Source: Opitutia bacterium (lineage in GTDB: Bacteria; Verrucomicrobiota; Verrucomicrobiia; Opitutales; Opitutaceae). From it: a stretch of DNA of 64,000 nt. Within the stretch, counting starts at the first letter, position 1. Each line of letters begins with the position of its first letter. Where the stretch lies: NCBI GenBank assembly GCA_947461205.1, contig CANHJG010000001.1:14126-78125 (forward strand), read 5' to 3'. The position numbers and the translations under genes are program-made. The notes under the pieces were generated by a model that searched no databases, was not told the origin of the DNA, and worked only from the letters and a program-made list of their open reading frames with translations. Shown piece by piece: positions 60,167 through 64,000 of the stretch.

Positions 60167-61180
60167 ATGGCCAACATCTTCGGCTACTTCTCCAACGACA
60201 TCGGCATCGACCTCGGCACCGCCAACACGCTCGTTTACGTGAAAGACAAGGGCATCGTCCTGCGCGAGCCCTCGGTCGTAGCCCTCGATACCGTCACCCG
60301 CAAAGTCCGCGCCGTCGGCGACGAAGCGAAAAAGATGCTCGGCCGCACCCCCGGCAATATCACCGCCATCCGCCCCATGAAGGACGGCGTCATCGCCGAC
60401 TTCGACGTCACCGAGGCCATGCTGCGCTACTTCATCCGCAAGGTTTCCAGCAGCTCCTTCCGCGCCCCGCCCCGCGTCGTCATCGCCATCCCCTCCGGCA
60501 TCACCGAGGTGGAAAAACGCGCCGTCAAGGAATCCGCCATGCACGCCGGCGCCCGCGACGTCATCACCATTCCCGAACCCATGGCCGCGGCCATCGGCGT
60601 CGGCCTCCCCATCGACGAACCCGCCGCCAACATGATCGTCGACATCGGCGGCGGCACCACCGAGATCGCCGTCATTTCCCTCAACGGCATCGTGTTTTCG
60701 AAATCCATCCGCGTCGCCGGCGACGAATTGGACAGCGCCATCATCGATTACATGAAGCGCGCCTACAATCTCCTCATCGGCGAGCGCACCGCGGAGGAAA
60801 TCAAGTGCCGCGTCGGCTCCGCTTACCCGCTCGACGAAGAGCTCACCATGGAGGTCAAGGGCCGCGACTCCGTGGCCGGCCTGCCCAAGACCATCCACAT
60901 CACCTCGCAGGAAATCCGCGAAGCCCTCGCCGACACCATCTCCCATATCGTCGACGCCGTGCGCGTGACCCTCGAACGCTGCCCGCCCGAACTCTCCGCC
61001 GACCTCGTGGACCGCGGCTTCGTGATGGCCGGCGGCGGCGCCCTCATCCGCGGCATCGATAAACTCCTCAGCGAAAAAACTGGCCTCCCCGTGACCGTCA
61101 GCGACGACCCCCTCTCTGCCGTCGCCAACGGCACCGGCGCCGTCCTCAACGACCTCTCTTGGCTGATGCAGAACGTGTGA
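60167..61180 (+). CDS. mreB: rod shape-determining protein MreB
   Basis: The ATG at 60167 is used. [27 protein letters not shown] and DIGGGTTE are present. Confidence 0.95.
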   Translation: MANIFGYFSNDIGIDLGTANTLVYVKDKGIVLREPSVVALDTVTRKVRAVGDEAKKMLGRTPGNITAIRPMKDGVIADFDVTEAMLRYFIRKVSSSSFRAPPRVVIAIPSGITEVEKRAVKESAMHAGARDVITIPEPMAAAIGVGLPIDEPAANMIVDIGGGTTEIAVISLNGIVFSKSIRVAGDELDSAIIDYMKRAYNLLIGERTAEEIKCRVGSAYPLDEELTMEVKGRDSVAGLPKTIHITSQEIREALADTISHIVDAVRVTLERCPPELSADLVDRGFVMAGGGALIRGIDKLLSEKTGLPVTVSDDPLSAVANGTGAVLNDLSWLMQNV

Positions 61181-61296
61181 GGCTCGCGCAGGGCGCCGAG
61201 GATTTGCCGCCCGCGCCGGTTCGCTTTCCCCCGGGCCTGCCGGCAACATTTTCCGTGTCTTCCGCGGGTTCCGTGGGCAAATAATCCGCTCCGCCC

Positions 61297-62127
61297 GTGC
61301 CCTTCCGCCGCTTCGCCACCACCCGCCCGTTTGCTACCCTCGGCTTCGTCGTCGTCGCGTGGCTGCTGCTGCCGGTCGGCGTCAAAACCTTTTCCCGCGC
61401 GAGTTTCTTTGAACTCACCGCCCCGGTCACCGTCGCCGCCGACTACGCGCGTGGCCTCCAGGAATACTGGTCGCTCCGCCTCCACTCGAACCACGAACTC
61501 ATCGTCGCCGGCCGCGACCTCGCCCGCATCAACGCCTCCTACGAGTTTGCCGTGCAGCAAAACGCCGAACTCCAGGCCGGCCTCGAACGCCTCGAAGCCC
61601 TCCTCCGCCTCCCGTCCTACCGCAACTACCGGCTCGAACACGCCCGCGTGGCCCGCCGCGATTTCTCCGGGTGGTGGCAACGCATCGTCCTCCGCAAGGG
61701 CCAGAACTTCGGCCTCACCGTCGGCGCCCCCGTGGTCTTCAGCGGCGGCGTCGTCGGCCGCCTCACCGAAGTCTACGCCAGCACCGCCGTCGTCGAACTC
61801 ATCAGCAGCCCCAACGTCCGCCTCGCCGGCGTCATCGAGGGCGACACCAACGCCATGAGCTATCAGGGCGGCCTCAACCCCACCTTCGGCCCGCCCCGGG
61901 GCGTCATCGAATTCGTGCCGCTCGACGTCTTCGCCAGCCCCACCACGACGAAACGCCTCGTCACCTCCGGCTTCGGCGGCGTCTTCCCACCCGGCCTCAC
62001 CATCGGCGTCGTCACCAAGGTCGAGCCCAGCACCGACGGCCTCTTCAAAACGGGCGAGGTCAAACTCGACGAGCGCCTCGGCTCCCTGACCGAGGTCACC
62101 GTCCTCGTCCCGCTGACACACGAGTAA
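61297..62127 (+). CDS. mreC: rod shape-determining protein MreC
   Basis: GTG start, an N-terminal TM segment, a coiled-coil and a C-terminal beta domain (VVFSGGVVGRLTEV....VELI) are present. It lies between mreB and mreD. Confidence 0.85.
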   Translation: MPFRRFATTRPFATLGFVVVAWLLLPVGVKTFSRASFFELTAPVTVAADYARGLQEYWSLRLHSNHELIVAGRDLARINASYEFAVQQNAELQAGLERLEALLRLPSYRNYRLEHARVARRDFSGWWQRIVLRKGQNFGLTVGAPVVFSGGVVGRLTEVYASTAVVELISSPNVRLAGVIEGDTNAMSYQGGLNPTFGPPRGVIEFVPLDVFASPTTTKRLVTSGFGGVFPPGLTIGVVTKVEPSTDGLFKTGEVKLDERLGSLTEVTVLVPLTHE

Positions 62128-62224
62128 GTCAACTTCATGGTTGAGCGCCGAGAGTTGAGAGCACGCCAATCGAGCTTAATCTTCCCCGTCTCTCCCCCTC
62201 AGCTCTCGCCTCTCAACCCGCCCC

Positions 62225-62734
62225 ATGCGCCTCACGCTCGTCACCGCCCTCACGCTACTCCTCCTCTGGACGCTCGTCGCGCAGGTGAACCACGCGCTCG
62301 CCGGGCTCCGCGTCTATCTCTTCGTCGGCAGTCTCTTCGTCACCTTCGCCGCCCTGAAACTCCCGCTGCGCTCCGGCCTCGGCGCCTCCCTCCTCGGCGG
62401 CCTGCTCTGCGACGCCAACACCCCCGTCACCTTCGGCACCCACACCCTCCTCTTCGCCGCCGCCCACGCCGTGGTCTTCCACCTCCGCGAGCGTCTGCCG
62501 CGGGACGATACCCTCGCGCGCGTCCTCGTGGCACTCCTCGCCAACCTCGCACTCTTCCTGATGTTTTCGTTCATTCAGATCGCCCGCTCGCCCGCCCCGG
62601 CGGTCGCCTGGCCGCGCCTCATCGCCGACCTCGCCGGCTCGCAGGTATTCCTCGCGCTCGTCGCCCCGTGGTTCTTCGCCCTGCAAAGCCGCGCGGTCTC
62701 CCTGGCCGGCTCCTCCCGCGAACTCACCGTCTAG
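62225..62734 (+). CDS. mreD: rod shape-determining protein MreD
   Basis: A 169-aa polytopic membrane protein in the conserved mreBCD position. Confidence 0.7.
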   Translation: MRLTLVTALTLLLLWTLVAQVNHALAGLRVYLFVGSLFVTFAALKLPLRSGLGASLLGGLLCDANTPVTFGTHTLLFAAAHAVVFHLRERLPRDDTLARVLVALLANLALFLMFSFIQIARSPAPAVAWPRLIADLAGSQVFLALVAPWFFALQSRAVSLAGSSRELTV

Positions 62735-62738
62735 CCCG

Positions 62739-64000
62739 ATGCCCTCGTCCGAGTCCCATCTCGCCGACCACTCCGGCAGCCTCCTCGAGTCCCACAAGGG
62801 CTACGACTCGCGCGTCATCTTTTTCTACTTCGTCGTCGCCGCCCTCCTCCTCACCCTCGCCGGCGGACTCGCCTACCAGCAGCTGTTCAAGACCGACACC
62901 TACAACGAGCGCGAACGCGTCCAAAGCCAGCGCCGCGTCCTCGTCCCCGGCCCGCGCGGCAACATCTACGCCCGCGACGGCCTCACCGTCCTCGTCGGCA
63001 ACCGCCCCCGCTTCTCCGTCGTGCTCTACCTCGACGAACTCAAATCCGAATTCCTCCGCGAAGCCCGCGTCATCCGCCGCAACTACCGCGCCTCTGGCCT
63101 CACCGACCTGCCGTTCCCCCAGATGGCCCGCATCAGCGTCGTCCAGCACTACCTCGACGAGGTGAACAAGATTCTAGGCCGCACCGATAAGGTCGACGCC
63201 AAGTCCCTCGCCCGCCACTTCGGCGACCAACTCCTCCTCCCCTACACCTTGATCGACGACCTCACCGGCCAGGACTACGCCCGCCTGATCGAGAGTCTCC
63301 CGGTGCGCTCCCCCCTCCAGGTTTACACCTCGAGCACCCGTTCCTACCCCTACGGCTCCGCCGCCGCCCACGCCCTCGGGTATGTCCGGATCAACGACAA
63401 CGTCACCGCCGACGATTTCCCCGGCGAAGACCTCGCCACCTTCAAAATGGCCGGCTCCGTCGGCAAAGACGGCCTCGAAAAAACCTTCGACGACCAGCTG
63501 CAGGGCGAAGCCGGCGGCACCATCTTCCGCGTCGATCCCTCCGGCTACAAAATCAACCCGCCCCTCGAAAAACGCCTCCCCGTCCAGGGCAAAAACCTCG
63601 TCAGTTCCCTCGATATCGACCTCCAGCTCGCCGCCGAACAGGCCATCGGCGACCAGATCGGCGCCGCGGTCGCCCTCGATGTTTCCACCGGCGAAGTGCT
63701 CACGATGGTCAGCAAGCCCGACTACAATCTCGCGGAATTCTCCCCGCGCGTCAGCACCGCCGCCTACGCCGCGATCCAGGCCAAAGGCGGCGAATTCAAC
63801 CGCGCGCTCAGCGGCCTCTATCCGCCCGGCTCGACCTTCAAAATCCTCACCTCCATCGCCGGCCTCCGCAGCGGAACCATCACCCCCGACGACGCCATCA
63901 TCGACTGCCAAGGCATGCTCCAGCGGTTCAACCGCCGCCTCGTCTGCTACAACGGCATCGGCATCCACCACGACGTCCTGCTCCGCCAGGCCATCGCCGA
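62739..64000 (+). CDS. mrdA: penicillin-binding protein 2 (elongasome transpeptidase), 3' end outside the window
   Basis: The ATG is at 62739 and the frame is open to the window end, so it is absent from the ORF track. An N-terminal TM segment, the PBP dimerisation region (RG.IYARDG..L) and the active-site PGSTFK are present. Confidence 0.9.
   Translation, partial: MPSSESHLADHSGSLLESHKGYDSRVIFFYFVVAALLLTLAGGLAYQQLFKTDTYNERERVQSQRRVLVPGPRGNIYARDGLTVLVGNRPRFSVVLYLDELKSEFLREARVIRRNYRASGLTDLPFPQMARISVVQHYLDEVNKILGRTDKVDAKSLARHFGDQLLLPYTLIDDLTGQDYARLIESLPVRSPLQVYTSSTRSYPYGSAAAHALGYVRINDNVTADDFPGEDLATFKMAGSVGKDGLEKTFDDQLQGEAGGTIFRVDPSGYKINPPLEKRLPVQGKNLVSSLDIDLQLAAEQAIGDQIGAAVALDVSTGEVLTMVSKPDYNLAEFSPRVSTAAYAAIQAKGGEFNRALSGLYPPGSTFKILTSIAGLRSGTITPDDAIIDCQGMLQRFNRRLVCYNGIGIHHDVLLRQAIA

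Overview
High-GC segment (about two-thirds G+C by eye, strong GC3 bias). Gene content and protein style fit a Verrucomicrobiota/Opitutales-like chromosome; this is inference only. I call about 55 protein-coding genes and 5 apparent pseudogenes. I found no rRNA, tRNA, CRISPR array, transposase or prophage. Layout: (a) 1-12.1 kb is a pectin/rhamnogalacturonan side-chain CAZyme island (PL26-like, PL22-like, GH29, CE12) holding a decayed GPH transporter and a GH43 remnant. (b) 12.2-15.7 kb is a four-gene sugar(-phosphate) operon, divergent from a threonine-synthase-like gene. (c) 17.1-17.7 kb is a VapBC toxin-antitoxin pair with atypical codon usage. (d) 17.7-33 kb is a purine block: add, nucleosidase, purine permease, purM, purF, purL and a secreted ADGF-type adenosine deaminase. 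A frameshifted ORF6N gene sits inside the pur operon and purL carries repeat-bearing in-frame insertions. (e) 33-36.4 kb holds a CheY-like receiver, a eukaryote-like PRMT-type methyltransferase, a GNAT and a broken DUF1697 gene. (f) 36.4-40.3 kb is a Tat-exported GMC flavoprotein module with an SGNH-DUF1080 fusion. (g) 40.4-64 kb is housekeeping: xer, infA, tadA, sod, tolB, apbC, rpmG, orphan nuoA, dnaG-rpoD, tatA, a CPA2 antiporter and mreBCD-mrdA, plus an unusual EIIA/PK-C-like/DAC diadenylate cyclase. The most interesting candidates are the three-domain c-di-AMP cyclase, the cytochrome-less periplasmic dehydrogenase/DUF1080 module, the palindromic repeat translated inside purL, and the bacterial PRMT homologue. 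No canonical defence system was seen. Many long ORFs in the supplied track are antisense or alternate-frame artefacts of high GC. The track also renders GTG/TTG starts as M. All family assignments come from motif recognition by eye and need HMM/BLAST confirmation.
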